64,000 nucleotides of DNA from the NCBI GenBank assembly GCA_963782055.1, contig CAWAIF010000003.1, positions 3,200,001 to 3,264,000 of the forward strand, given 5' to 3'. The translations under genes were made by a program, and so were the position numbers. The notes beneath the pieces were generated by a model. That model was not told the origin of the DNA. It did not search any database and saw only the letters and a list, made by a program, of their open reading frames with translations. Origin of the DNA: an uncultured delta proteobacterium (GTDB lineage Bacteria > Myxococcota_A > Polyangia > Polyangiales > Polyangiaceae). Shown piece after piece: positions 9,466 to 19,221 of the stretch. Positions within the stretch are counted from its first letter, which is position 1. Every line of letters begins with the position of its first letter.

Positions 9466-12090
9466 CTACACCCTCGGCTCGAGGAACCCGGCGACCTTGC
9501 CCTCGATGGTCTGCACCGCCTCCGCGCTCGCGTACGAGGGGGGCAGGGTGATCTTGCCGTCGGAGCGGGCGGCGTAGCCGAGGTCGACGAACGCCGCGAA
9601 GGCGTTCTCGAACAGGGGCCGGCTCACCGCCTCACGGCGGGAGATCTCGCCGGCGAGGTACATGCGCTCACCCACCCCGATGGCCTTCTTGGCGAGGTCC
9701 TTCGCGAGCAGCGGCCCGCGCACGAGCAGCGTCAGCGCGCGCGCGGCCACGCGGTAGCCCTCGACGAAGTTCTTCAGCATCTGCGCGTAGTGCTCGACCT
9801 GCACGCGCCCGTCGATCCGCACCCGGCCCTCCTCCCGGGAGACCTCGCCGTCGTGGATCATCGCGGCCAGCGTGTCCTCGAAGATGCGATCGAACGCGGC
9901 GTCGGCGCGGAACTGGAACTCGTACTTGAACAGGCGCGACAGCGACAGCACCCGCTCGCGGAGCGTCGCCTCCAGGACGGGCGTGCCGGGCGGCGCCACC
10001 AGCGCCGTCGCCACCAGGCCGCGCGCGACGAAGAAGTGCACGACGATGTTCTTGGCCAGGTCCAGCGAGAGGCGCGCCTCGTCGGGCACGATGTAGATCG
10101 CCCCCGGCACCACGCCGCGGAGCTTCTCCGGCTTCTTCCCGCCCGCGCCCGGCAGCCGCGCCTCCAGGTGCCCGGCGCGCACGAACAGGTCGCACGCCTC
10201 CCGCACCGCCTCCAGGCGGATGCGCCCGGGCTGGTGCGGGTAGGCGAGGGAAGGGGAGAAGCGCGCACCGAAGCGATGCAGGGTGCGCGCGAGCCGCTCG
10301 CAGGTCTCCGTGAGCTCGTCGTAGGTGAGGCCGCGCTTGCCGTGCGTGAGCAGGGCGGTGGCGACGAGCGCGCCCGGCGTCACCGCGGTGACGCGGTTGA
10401 TCTCGTTCATCACGCGGTAGCCGAGGCGCGTGACGATCGCCCGGCGCTTGGCGGGGGTGAGGTGCGCCAGCGCGGAGGGTGGCGCGTTCGGGTCGATGTC
10501 CTTGAGCACGCCCTCCAGCGTGAGGATCTCGCCGAACTGGACGCTGAGCCGCCCGTAGCGCCCGGCGACGACGCTCGCGGTCCCGAGCAGGCCCTTCATG
10601 TCCTCCTTGGACTTCTCGCCGCCGGAGACCTCGTTGACGTAGGCCTGCTCCTCGACGAGCCGCTCGTAGCCGATGGAGATGGGGACGAAGACGAGCGGTC
10701 GCTCGGTGACGCCCAGCGCGGCGTCCACGACGATGGAGAGCAATCCCAGCTTGGGCGGCAGCAGCTTGCCGGTGCGCGAGCGGCCGCCCTCCAGGAAGAA
10801 CTCCAGCGGCCAGCCGTCACGCAGCAGGCGCCGCATGTAGGCGCTCACCACCGCGCCGTAGAGGCGATCGCCCTTGAAGGTGCGCCGGATGAAGAAGGCG
10901 CCGGCGCGGCGGAGCACCGGACCCAGCGGGAAGAAGTCCAGGTTGTCCCCCGCCGCGATGAGGGGGGCCTGCATGTGCGCGTGGTAGAGCACGCGCGTCA
11001 GCACGATGTAGTCGACGTGCGATTTGTGGCTGGGCAGGTAGACCACCGTCGCCCCGCGCGCGGCGTCGCGCACGCGCTCCAGGCCCTCCTTGTCCACCTC
11101 CAGGCTGCTGTACATGCGCGCGACGGTCTGGTCGAAGATGCGATCGAGCATCGCGAGGGTGTTGGCCTCCGGCTGCGCCTCCATCTCGCGGAGCATCGCG
11201 TGGGCCTTCCACCGGAGCACGCGCCGCTCCTTCTCGCCCTCGCCCGCCATGTCGCGGATGATCTTCCGCAGCTTCGGGCTGCGGATCACCTCGTCGCGCA
11301 GGCGGTCAGCCGGCTTGCGCGTCGGTCCGATGACCCCGCGCCGCTCTCGCTCCAGCCGCCGCAGGAGGGTGTAGGTCATCCGCCGCACCAGCACCGCGTC
11401 GGAGACCGGCTGGTCGTCGTCCTCGCCGCGCGCCTCGGCCTCCAGGAACGCCTTCACGTCCAGCGGCTCGCCCGCGCGCAGCGTGACGCCGCGGTAGTTG
11501 GCGAAGAACTGCGCCAGCGTGCGGATCTTCCCCGGCCACTCGCGCGGGCCCAGCACCGCGTCCATCGTGGTGTGCTTGGCGGCGTCGCCGTGCTTGGACC
11601 AGACGAACACCTGCGGCACCATGAGGACAGGGCGCTCGCTGTCCCGCTGCACCTCCAGGATGGTGCGCAGGAAGAGATCGCCCTCGATGCGCCCGCGGCT
11701 GCCCGGCTCCGTCAAGGTCGGCGGGCGCTTGAGGAAGAGCGCGGCGGACGCTCCGTCGGAGACCGCGCGGCGAAGGTCACCGGCGTCGCGCGTCTCGTCG
11801 TGGGGGCCGAGCGCGTGGAGCCAGCCGCGGCCCATCGGCTCGAGCACCCACAGGCCGAGGTCGTTGGCGAAGCGGACCTGCGGCAGGTGGTGGCGCTTGG
11901 TCAGGTAGTCGAGCGCGAGGAAATCCACGAAGGACAGGTTGCGCAGGACGTAGACGACGGTGCCGCGCGACTCCGCCTGGCGCACCCGCGCCGCCCAGGC
12001 CTCGTCGACCTCGATGTGCTCGAAGAACCTGCGGTAGACCGCGGCGAGGAGGGGGTTCGGCTCGTAGGAGACGAGGGGCCTGTCAGTCAC
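9466..12090 (-). CDS. plsB: Glycerol-3-phosphate acyltransferase (PlsB-like)
   Basis: PSHKSHVD (HX4D), GAFFIRR, FFLEGGRSRTGK, VPISIGY acyltransferase blocks. Confidence 0.88.
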   Translation of the reverse strand: MTDRPLVSYEPNPLLAAVYRRFFEHIEVDEAWAARVRQAESRGTVVYVLRNLSFVDFLALDYLTKRHHLPQVRFANDLGLWVLEPMGRGWLHALGPHDETRDAGDLRRAVSDGASAALFLKRPPTLTEPGSRGRIEGDLFLRTILEVQRDSERPVLMVPQVFVWSKHGDAAKHTTMDAVLGPREWPGKIRTLAQFFANYRGVTLRAGEPLDVKAFLEAEARGEDDDQPVSDAVLVRRMTYTLLRRLERERRGVIGPTRKPADRLRDEVIRSPKLRKIIRDMAGEGEKERRVLRWKAHAMLREMEAQPEANTLAMLDRIFDQTVARMYSSLEVDKEGLERVRDAARGATVVYLPSHKSHVDYIVLTRVLYHAHMQAPLIAAGDNLDFFPLGPVLRRAGAFFIRRTFKGDRLYGAVVSAYMRRLLRDGWPLEFFLEGGRSRTGKLLPPKLGLLSIVVDAALGVTERPLVFVPISIGYERLVEEQAYVNEVSGGEKSKEDMKGLLGTASVVAGRYGRLSVQFGEILTLEGVLKDIDPNAPPSALAHLTPAKRRAIVTRLGYRVMNEINRVTAVTPGALVATALLTHGKRGLTYDELTETCERLARTLHRFGARFSPSLAYPHQPGRIRLEAVREACDLFVRAGHLEARLPGAGGKKPEKLRGVVPGAIYIVPDEARLSLDLAKNIVVHFFVARGLVATALVAPPGTPVLEATLRERVLSLSRLFKYEFQFRADAAFDRIFEDTLAAMIHDGEVSREEGRVRIDGRVQVEHYAQMLKNFVEGYRVAARALTLLVRGPLLAKDLAKKAIGVGERMYLAGEISRREAVSRPLFENAFAAFVDLGYAARSDGKITLPPSYASAEAVQTIEGKVAGFLEPRV

Positions 12091-12103
12091 GCCTGCGCCG
12101 TTT

Positions 12104-12703
12104 TCAGCCGCCGCCGAAGGCCTTCTTCATGATCTCGACGATCTGCTTCTCGGCGTCGGGCGTGAGGCCGTTGTCGTTGGCGTACGGCCACGTGAACCCG
12201 AAGGAGCGCACCTGGTTGCAGGAGAGCGACACCAGGATGTCCGCCGGCGGCTGGTTGGGCTGCGCGATGGAGACGCCGAACTCGGCGTACATGCAGTTCT
12301 CCTTCGGCTGGGTGAAGCTGGAGTCGTGACCGAGCACGGCGAGCAGGTCGTCGTGCATCTTCGGGTCGTTGAGCGGCAGCCAGCCGAGGATGCGAAAGTC
12401 GTGGAAGCGCGCCTCGTTCTGCGCGGGGGCCGCTGCGGCGCCGGCGCCGGGGATGAGCCCGGGGGGCAGGAGGCCGGGCGGCAGGAGGGAGGCACCGGCG
12501 GTGACCCACTGCTGGATCTGCGGCGGGATGGTGAGCGTGCCGGCCGCAGCGGCCTGCTGCGGCGGCGGCTCGTAGTTCTGCAGCCGGTAGACGGTGATGG
12601 GAGCGCTCTTGAGCGACTCGAAGGGCTGCGAAAGCGACGAGGCGCAGCCGGTGGCGAACAGGAGCGCGGGCACTGCGAACACGAGGGCGGCGGACCTGGG
12701 CAT
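12104..12703 (-). CDS. Hypothetical lipoprotein
   Basis: Signal MPRSAALVFAVPALLFATGC, good codon bias, two further Cys. Start reassigned to ATG 12703. Confidence 0.7.
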   Translation of the reverse strand: MPRSAALVFAVPALLFATGCASSLSQPFESLKSAPITVYRLQNYEPPPQQAAAAGTLTIPPQIQQWVTAGASLLPPGLLPPGLIPGAGAAAAPAQNEARFHDFRILGWLPLNDPKMHDDLLAVLGHDSSFTQPKENCMYAEFGVSIAQPNQPPADILVSLSCNQVRSFGFTWPYANDNGLTPDAEKQIVEIMKKAFGGG

Positions 12704-12763
12704 TGGCGTAATGTCCCCGGCTTTTCGGCGCGTGGCAATAGGGCACGTGGCAAGATGGGCCCC

Positions 12764-13216
12764 ATGCTGCGAATCAAGCGCATCGATCACGTCGCGATCT
12801 GCGTCCCGGACATCGACGAGGCCCAGGGCAAGTACGAGCGCGCGCTCGGCCTGATCCCGCGCTCCCGCGAGGTGGTCGCCTCTCAGAAGACCGAGGCGGC
12901 GCTCCTTCCCGTCGGCGACGCAGAGCACGGCACCGACATCGAGCTGATCGCGCCCCGCGGCAACGAAGGTCTTGCGCGCTTCCTGGAGAAGCGGGGGCCC
13001 GGGCTGCACCACATCGCCGTGGAGGTGGAGGGCATCGAGGAGGCGCTCGGCTTTCTGAAGGCGCTGGGCGTACCCCTCATCGACGAGACTCCGCGCCTCG
13101 GTGCGCGGGGCCACAAGGTGGCGTTCGTGCACCCCCGGGCGCTCGGCGGCGTGCTCGTGGAGCTCGTCGAGCCGGCCGGGGATCACCCCGGTGGCACCGG
13201 AGCGACGGAGGAGTGA
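12764..13216 (+). CDS. mce: Methylmalonyl-CoA epimerase (VOC family)
   Basis: IDHVAICV, IELIAP, RFLEKRGPGLHHIA, AFVHP..GGVLVELVE. Confidence 0.88.
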   Translation: MLRIKRIDHVAICVPDIDEAQGKYERALGLIPRSREVVASQKTEAALLPVGDAEHGTDIELIAPRGNEGLARFLEKRGPGLHHIAVEVEGIEEALGFLKALGVPLIDETPRLGARGHKVAFVHPRALGGVLVELVEPAGDHPGGTGATEE

Positions 13217-13347
13217 ACGGCTTGCGCGCGCGCCCCCGGCCTCGTGAGAGCCTTGCGCCACGGCAAAACCCGCTTGGTTTGGGGCGCGGGCTCTTGTAGG
13301 TTTGCGGGGCAGGCGACCTGCACGCCGGCCGACCAAGGGAGGAAGGA

Positions 13348-14394
13348 TTGAAGACGCAACGTTGGGTAGCAGCGCTCCTCGCGGCCACGATGACCGCGAC
13401 GCTGGGCGTGAGCTCTATCTCCACGACGGCCTTTGCCGCCAAGCCCAAGCCCAAGCCCGCGGCCACGGCGAAGGGCCCCTCTCTCAAGGAAGCCAAGGCC
13501 CACTACGAGTCGGGCCTGAAGAAGTTCAACGGCGGTGATTTCGCCGGCGCTCTGGACGACTTCAAGGCGGCGGACGCCATCAAGTCGACTCCCCAGTCGC
13601 AGCGCTACATCGGCCTCTGCGAGGACAAGCTCGGCCACTACGCCGAGGCGGTCGCCGCGTACGAGAGGTTCCTCGCCGCCGTCCCCGCCAAGATGAAGAA
13701 GGAGGGCGAGGAGCTGACCAAGCGCGTCGCGGAGATCAAGGCGATGCCCGCCAAGCTCCACGTGGAGACCACGCCTCCCGGCGCCACCATCACCGCCGAC
13801 GGCAAGCAGATGGCCGTCACCCCGGCGGACATCGAGCTCACGCCCGGCAAGCACATCCTCAGGCTGGAGCTCGCCGGCTACCTCCCGATCGACAAGGACG
13901 TGGACGTGGCCTACGGCGCCAAGGAAGACGTCAAGAACGAGCTGCAGGCCAAGCCGGCCGAGGCGACGCCCCCGGCGCCCGTCGCGACGACGCCGCCTCC
14001 GACGACGCCGGCGCCCGCCGAGCCGCCGCCCGCCGAGGAGCCGCAGCACAGGAGCAAGGTGCCCGCCTTCATCACCGGCGGCATCGCCGTCGCCGCGCTG
14101 GGCGTGGGCATCGGCTTCGGCATCGCCGCGCTCGGCAAGAAAAGCGATTTCGACTCCAACCCGCAGGAGGGCACCGCCGAGGACGGCGAGAACTTCGCCC
14201 TGGTGGCGGACATGGCGTTCGGCGTCGCGATCACCCTCGGCGTGACCAGCGCCGTCCTCTTCTTCACCAAGGATGACGAGCCCGCGAAGGCGGCCAACAC
14301 GCACACCCCCAGGAAGGTCGCGCCGCTGCGGATCATCCCCACGCCTTTCATCACCCCGCACGGCGGCGGCGCCGGCGCCGTGATGCGCTTCTGA
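13348..14394 (+). CDS. Exported TPR + PEGA domain protein with hydrophobic C-terminal tail
   Basis: SD GGAGG plus TTG start; signal peptide; TPR (AKAHYESG...YERFL); PEGA (VETTPPGATITADGK..TP..LTPGKHILRLELAGY); Pro/Thr linker; two hydrophobic segments; ends VMRF. Confidence 0.85.
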   Translation: MKTQRWVAALLAATMTATLGVSSISTTAFAAKPKPKPAATAKGPSLKEAKAHYESGLKKFNGGDFAGALDDFKAADAIKSTPQSQRYIGLCEDKLGHYAEAVAAYERFLAAVPAKMKKEGEELTKRVAEIKAMPAKLHVETTPPGATITADGKQMAVTPADIELTPGKHILRLELAGYLPIDKDVDVAYGAKEDVKNELQAKPAEATPPAPVATTPPPTTPAPAEPPPAEEPQHRSKVPAFITGGIAVAALGVGIGFGIAALGKKSDFDSNPQEGTAEDGENFALVADMAFGVAITLGVTSAVLFFTKDDEPAKAANTHTPRKVAPLRIIPTPFITPHGGGAGAVMRF

Positions 14395-14407
14395 GGAGAC
14401 GCGATCG

Positions 14408-14758
14408 ATGAAGATCAGGACGACACGTGTGCTCACTGTGCTCTTGCTCGGCGTCGCCGTAGGAGGGTGCGAGCTGGTCGTGGACTTCGACCGCTCCAAG
14501 ATCGACGCCGGCGGTGTCGACGGCTCCTTCGTCGATGCGCCGACGAGCGACGTGGCCAATGACAACAACGTCAACCCCGACTCGGGCGGCAACGACGGCG
14601 GGAGCGATGGGGCGACGGACGCGGGCGGAGACGCGGCCGACGCGACGACGCCCGACTCCGGCAGCGACGCCAGCGTCAGCGACGCCGGCGACGGCGGCGG
14701 GGTGAACGACGCAGGCGCCGACGCCGACGACGGCAGCGCCGACGCAGCGTCGGAGTGA
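14408..14758 (+). CDS. Small acidic lipoprotein made of D-A/S/G-G repeats
   Basis: SD GAGGAG; lipobox VGGC; the remainder is DAG/DGG/DSG low-complexity sequence. Confidence 0.75.
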   Translation: MKIRTTRVLTVLLLGVAVGGCELVVDFDRSKIDAGGVDGSFVDAPTSDVANDNNVNPDSGGNDGGSDGATDAGGDAADATTPDSGSDASVSDAGDGGGVNDAGADADDGSADAASE

Positions 14759-14818
14759 TCCGGGCGGCTGGTCGCCGCGCCGCGTTGAGACCTCGTACGC
14801 GCGCCCGTGGGCTCCGGC

Positions 14819-16147
14819 TCACTGGGCGCGCGTGCATTCCAGGGCGAAGACGCCCTGGCCCACGTCGACGGGCCTGCAGGGGAAGCCGTTCGGGCAATCG
14901 CCGTCGGTGCAGCACGCGTCGGTGCAGTAGCTGCCGTTGTTGTCGGTGACGCAGCGGCGGCCGCGGCAGTCGGTGTCCTGGCTGCAGGAGCTACCCACCG
15001 CCGAGCCCCCGAACTCGGCGGGGAAGGGATCGGTGCAGCCCTGGAAGTCGGCGTTGGCGCCGTAGTACAGGGTACAGTACCGCTGCCCGTACAAGGCGTT
15101 CCCGCACGGGGCGGAGTTGCAGCAGTTGCTCCGGCAGGTCCCGTTGAGGCACGCGTTGCTCGAGCAGTCGGAGGAGTTGTTGCAGCTGCTGTTGTTGCCG
15201 CTGCCGGACTGCGGGTCGCGGCAGACGTAGGTGGCGACGCCGTAGAGCTGACCGCCGGCGCACGCCATCCCGCCGCATTGCACGTCGGAGCAGCACACGT
15301 CGGTGCAGTGGCCGGTGCCGTCGAGCTGGCCGGAGCGGCAGTCGGAGGCGGCGGCGGCGGAGGTGCCCGCGGGGGTGCTGCCGGTGGTCACGCCCGCGGC
15401 GCTCGCCTTGACGCAGTACTTCCCGCCGGTGCCCGACGGGTAGCACACCAGCGTGTTGTTGCCCGCGCACTCCGCCGAGCTGCAGCAGGACTTGGTGCAG
15501 ACGCCGCCGGTCGGCGCGATCTTGGCGCCCACCACGTTGCTGTACGCGCAGAAGCCGGAGGTGCACTCGCGGTCGCCGTTGCACGGGTCGCCCAGGCCGT
15601 GGCTGGCGGTCGGGTCGACACACTTGAGCGTGTCTGGATCGCACACCTGGGGCGAGGTGCAGGGGACCTGCTGGCACGTCTGCGTGGTGGAGATGCACTC
15701 GCCCGTCTTGGGCGCGCACGTCTCGCCCTGCGGGCACACCACGCCGGGGTCGTCGACGATGCCGTTGCAGTCGTTGTCCTTGCCGTCGCACACCTCCGGC
15801 GCGCCGGGGAAGATGCTGGCGTTGTTGTCGTCGCAGTCCTGGTCGAGCACCTTGCCGGCGTCCTGGTCGACGCGGCCGCAGTAGCTGAAGCCATCGTTGT
15901 CGCGATCGGAGAGGGGGCCGTCGTCCACCTTGCCGTTGCAGTCGTCGTCGAGCTGGTTGCACGGGTCATTGCCCGGCTCCAGGCACGGCGTGCATTCGCG
16001 GTTCATGCAGAACTGGCCGTCCGGACACGATCCGGGCGTGCCGTTGCAGTGAGAGCTCGGCAGGTCGCCGGGGACGAGCACCTCGCAGGAGAAGGTCGCG
16101 AGCACCGCGCCCACGAAGAGGACCGAGAGGGCGGTGCGGGCGCGCAT
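14819..16147 (-). CDS. Cysteine-rich lipoprotein with myxobacterial putative metal-binding repeats
   Basis: Signal ending TFSC; CNQLDDDCNG and DCDD..FPGAPEVCDGKDNDCNG repeats; several C..CC...C modules. Confidence 0.8.
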   Translation of the reverse strand: MRARTALSVLFVGAVLATFSCEVLVPGDLPSSHCNGTPGSCPDGQFCMNRECTPCLEPGNDPCNQLDDDCNGKVDDGPLSDRDNDGFSYCGRVDQDAGKVLDQDCDDNNASIFPGAPEVCDGKDNDCNGIVDDPGVVCPQGETCAPKTGECISTTQTCQQVPCTSPQVCDPDTLKCVDPTASHGLGDPCNGDRECTSGFCAYSNVVGAKIAPTGGVCTKSCCSSAECAGNNTLVCYPSGTGGKYCVKASAAGVTTGSTPAGTSAAAASDCRSGQLDGTGHCTDVCCSDVQCGGMACAGGQLYGVATYVCRDPQSGSGNNSSCNNSSDCSSNACLNGTCRSNCCNSAPCGNALYGQRYCTLYYGANADFQGCTDPFPAEFGGSAVGSSCSQDTDCRGRRCVTDNNGSYCTDACCTDGDCPNGFPCRPVDVGQGVFALECTRAQ

Positions 16148-16947
16148 CAGAACGTCCCCCCGAACACCACCGCCGCGCCGCCGCGCGTGGGCGCGAAGCC
16201 GAGCGCGGGCGGCGGGTGCTTCTTGTCCTTGGTGCGCCCGAAGAAGAAGGCCAGCGTGGCGCCGGTGCCGACGACGCCGACGATGAAGCCGACGTCGGCG
16301 ATGATGCCCTCGGTGTGCGCCTGGTCCGCCTGCGCCTGGAGCTGGGCGTAGGTGCCGTCGGCGCCGGGCCCGCTCCCCGTCACGTAGTTGTTCTTCGGCT
16401 TGTCGGAGAGCGCGAGGATGCCGAAGGTCGTGCCCACGCCGATGCCGCCCACCGCGATCACCAGCGAGGTGATGGTGAGGGCGTCCACCCGCCCGTGCGG
16501 AGGGGGTGGGGGCGGTCCCGGCACGACGACGGTCACCGTGGCGGTGGGCGCGGCGGTGGCCGACCCCGCGGGCGGCGCCTCCACCTGCGTGCGCGCGCCC
16601 TCCAGCCGCTTGATGATCCCCTCCGCGCGTGCGCGCTCCGCCGGCTCGATGTCCATGTCCAGGTACAGCTTGTAGAAGTGCAGCGCCTGGTCGATGTCCC
16701 CGAGCTTCTCGTTGACGAGGCCCAGGTTGTAGACGAGGTCCTTCGCGTGCGGGTCGAGGGCGCGGGCTGTCTGCAGCTCGACGATGGCCTCCTTGTAATC
16801 GCCCGCCTCGTAGAGGTCGCGCGCCTTCTTGAAGTGCGCGGCCGCCGCCTTGATCGCGGCGGCGGAGGGGGGCTTGCCGTTCGCCGCGTGCGCCTGGGGG
16901 GCAGCGACGCCCAACAGGAGGGCCAGGACCAGGAGCGCGCGCCGCAT
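16147..16947 (-). CDS. Exported TPR protein with hydrophobic C-terminal tail (paralog of the tail of 13348-14394)
   Basis: Signal MRRALLVLALLLGVAAPQAHA; TPR (HFKKARDLYEAGDY...LVYNLG); GVGTTFGILAL, IIADVGF, ends FGGTF. TGATG overlap with the next gene. Confidence 0.82.
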   Translation of the reverse strand: MRRALLVLALLLGVAAPQAHAANGKPPSAAAIKAAAAHFKKARDLYEAGDYKEAIVELQTARALDPHAKDLVYNLGLVNEKLGDIDQALHFYKLYLDMDIEPAERARAEGIIKRLEGARTQVEAPPAGSATAAPTATVTVVVPGPPPPPPHGRVDALTITSLVIAVGGIGVGTTFGILALSDKPKNNYVTGSGPGADGTYAQLQAQADQAHTEGIIADVGFIVGVVGTGATLAFFFGRTKDKKHPPPALGFAPTRGGAAVVFGGTF

Positions 16948-17022
16948 CGAGGCGCCAGCATACCGCGGGCGCCGCTGGAGTGTAAGACGCGGCCGAGCCG
17001 GGCGTTGTGGACGCAGAGGTCG

Positions 17023-17745
17023 ATGATGAGCCCTTCCGTCTCTTTTCCCGCCGGGGCCCTGCGCCCCCGTTCCTCGTTCCGGGTCTTCGCGCGGCGCGCC
17101 GTGGCCCTCTCCGCCCTCGGCGTGGCGCTCCTCGCCGCGGGCGGGGCGCGCGCCGACGCCACCGTGTCGGTGGGCAGCGGCTTCTCCGCGCCCCCGCCCT
17201 CCGAGCGGCCGCCCATCATCGTGGTGAGCCCGGACGACAGGCCGCCCGAGGACCTCCCCGGGCCGCCGCCCCGTGAGGTCTACCGCTCGCCGGTGCGCCT
17301 GCTGCTGGGGCCGGCCTTCGTGACGACCGGTCAGGGCATGGGCCCAGGCCTCGCGCTCGCCGCCGAGTTCGGGCGCGGTACCGTGGGCCTGCGGCTGTCG
17401 GCGAGCTGGCTCCGCGGGGAGAACCCCGACGATCCCTCCGCGCGGCTCGGCTCCGCGGTGGGCCAGTACGCCGGGGAGCTCACCCTGGACCTCTACAAGC
17501 GCGGGCCCCTCCACCCGGTGATCGGCGTGGGGCTCGGGGTCACCCACATCGACAACGCCCGCGGCGGTGGGTTCGCCGCGGTGGGCATCGCGCGGGCGGC
17601 CCTGGAGTACTCGCTCGGCCTCGATGACGCCGACGTCCGGCTGGGCGCCGGGGTGACCGGCGCCCTGACTGGGCCGGAGGACCGCGAGATGCAGGATGTC
17701 CGCGGCTACGCCATCGTCGGAGGGACCCTGACGATCGGCTTCTGA
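17023..17745 (+). CDS. Putative small outer-membrane beta-barrel protein
   Basis: Signal-like N-terminus ending ARA, Pro-rich linker, alternating amphipathic strands, C-terminal GGTLTIGF. Confidence 0.6.
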   Translation: MMSPSVSFPAGALRPRSSFRVFARRAVALSALGVALLAAGGARADATVSVGSGFSAPPPSERPPIIVVSPDDRPPEDLPGPPPREVYRSPVRLLLGPAFVTTGQGMGPGLALAAEFGRGTVGLRLSASWLRGENPDDPSARLGSAVGQYAGELTLDLYKRGPLHPVIGVGLGVTHIDNARGGGFAAVGIARAALEYSLGLDDADVRLGAGVTGALTGPEDREMQDVRGYAIVGGTLTIGF

Positions 17746-17822
17746 CCCCCGCCGTCGGGGGCGCCGAGGTCCGACGGCGCCGGCCGACGGCCCGAAGGGC
17801 CCGCACGTGGTATGCCCCGGGC

Positions 17823-19103
17823 ATGACGGCATCGAGGTCCGGCGAGCCCGCCGGCGTGGTCGAGACGACGCGCGAGCTATGCCGTCGTGCGCGGGCGGCG
17901 TCGCGCCTGCTCGGCGTGCGCTCCCGGGAGGACAAGGATCGCGCGCTCCGGGCGGTGGCCGCGGCGCTGCGCGCGGACTCGGCCGGCATCGTCGCGGCCA
18001 ACGCGGAGGACGTCGCGGCCGCCCGCGCCCGCGGCGTCAAGCCCGCGCTGATCGACCGCCTCTCCCTCGACACCGCGCGCGTGGAGGACGTGGCGCGTAG
18101 CGTGGAGGCCATCGCCGCGCTGCCGGACCCGGTCGGCCACGTGATCGAGGATCGCACGCGGCCCAACGGGCTGCGGGTCCGGCGCGTGCGCGTGCCGCTC
18201 GGGGTCATCGCGATGATCTACGAGGCGCGCCCCAACGTGACGGCCGAGGCCGCGGCGCTCTGCTTCAAGGCGGGGAACGCGGTGGTGCTGCGCGGGGGGT
18301 CGGAGGCGCTGCGCTCCAACCTGGCGATCGCGCGGGCGGTGCGCGCGGGCGTCGAGCGCGCCGGCCTCCCCGCCGACGCCGTGCAGGTGGTGGGCGACAC
18401 CTCGCACGAGAGCGTGCTGGCGCTGGTGCGCGCCGAGGGGCTGGTGGACCTGGCCATCCCGCGCGGGGGCGAGGCGCTCATCCGCTTCGTCACGGAGAAC
18501 GCGCGCGTGCCGGTGGTGCAGCACTTCAAGGGGGTGTGCCACCTCTTCCTCGACGCGGGCGCGCCCGTGGCGGAGGCGGCGGCCCTCGCGGTCAACGCCA
18601 AGCTCTCGCGCCCGGGCGTCTGCAACGCGCTGGAGTGCCTGCTGGTCGACGCCGCCGACGCCGGGCGGCTGCTCCCCCCGGTGGCGCGCGCGCTGCTGGA
18701 GGGCGGGTGCGAGCTGCGCGGCTGCGAGCGCACGCGCGCCCTGGTCCCGGAGGCGAAGGCGGCGGGGCCGGACGACTACGGTCGCGAGTTCCTCGACCGG
18801 GTGCTCGCGGTGCGCGTGGTGGACGGCCTGGACGGCGCGCTCGCCCACGTCGCGCGCTACGGGTCCGGTCACACCGAGGCCATCTGCACGGCCGTCGACG
18901 CCCACGCCCACCGCTGGCGGCGAGAGGTGGACGCCGCCTGCGTGGTGGTCAACGCCTCCACGCGCTTCCACGATGGCGGGGAGCTGGGCCTCGGCGCGGA
19001 GATCGGCATCGCGACCAGCCGCCTGCACTGGCGCGGGCCGATGGGCCTGGAGGCCCTGACCACCATGAAGTGGCTGGTCGACGGCAGCGGACAGGTCCGC
19101 TAG
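17823..19103 (+). CDS. proA: Gamma-glutamyl phosphate reductase
   Basis: VPLGVIAMIYEARPNVT, LRGGSEA, IPRGG, CNALE, SGHTEAI, NASTRF, GAEIGI, RGPMGL. Confidence 0.96.
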   Translation: MTASRSGEPAGVVETTRELCRRARAASRLLGVRSREDKDRALRAVAAALRADSAGIVAANAEDVAAARARGVKPALIDRLSLDTARVEDVARSVEAIAALPDPVGHVIEDRTRPNGLRVRRVRVPLGVIAMIYEARPNVTAEAAALCFKAGNAVVLRGGSEALRSNLAIARAVRAGVERAGLPADAVQVVGDTSHESVLALVRAEGLVDLAIPRGGEALIRFVTENARVPVVQHFKGVCHLFLDAGAPVAEAAALAVNAKLSRPGVCNALECLLVDAADAGRLLPPVARALLEGGCELRGCERTRALVPEAKAAGPDDYGREFLDRVLAVRVVDGLDGALAHVARYGSGHTEAICTAVDAHAHRWRREVDAACVVVNASTRFHDGGELGLGAEIGIATSRLHWRGPMGLEALTTMKWLVDGSGQVR

Positions 19104-19221
19104 GCGTCCGTCGCGCGGCCGCGGGCCGCGAGGGGCGATGAAGGCGTCGGCCACACGGTCCCCGCCGGAAGACGTTGACGGCCACCGGCGGCGATGGTCT
19201 TTTTGCGGTGAGGAGCCTTTC

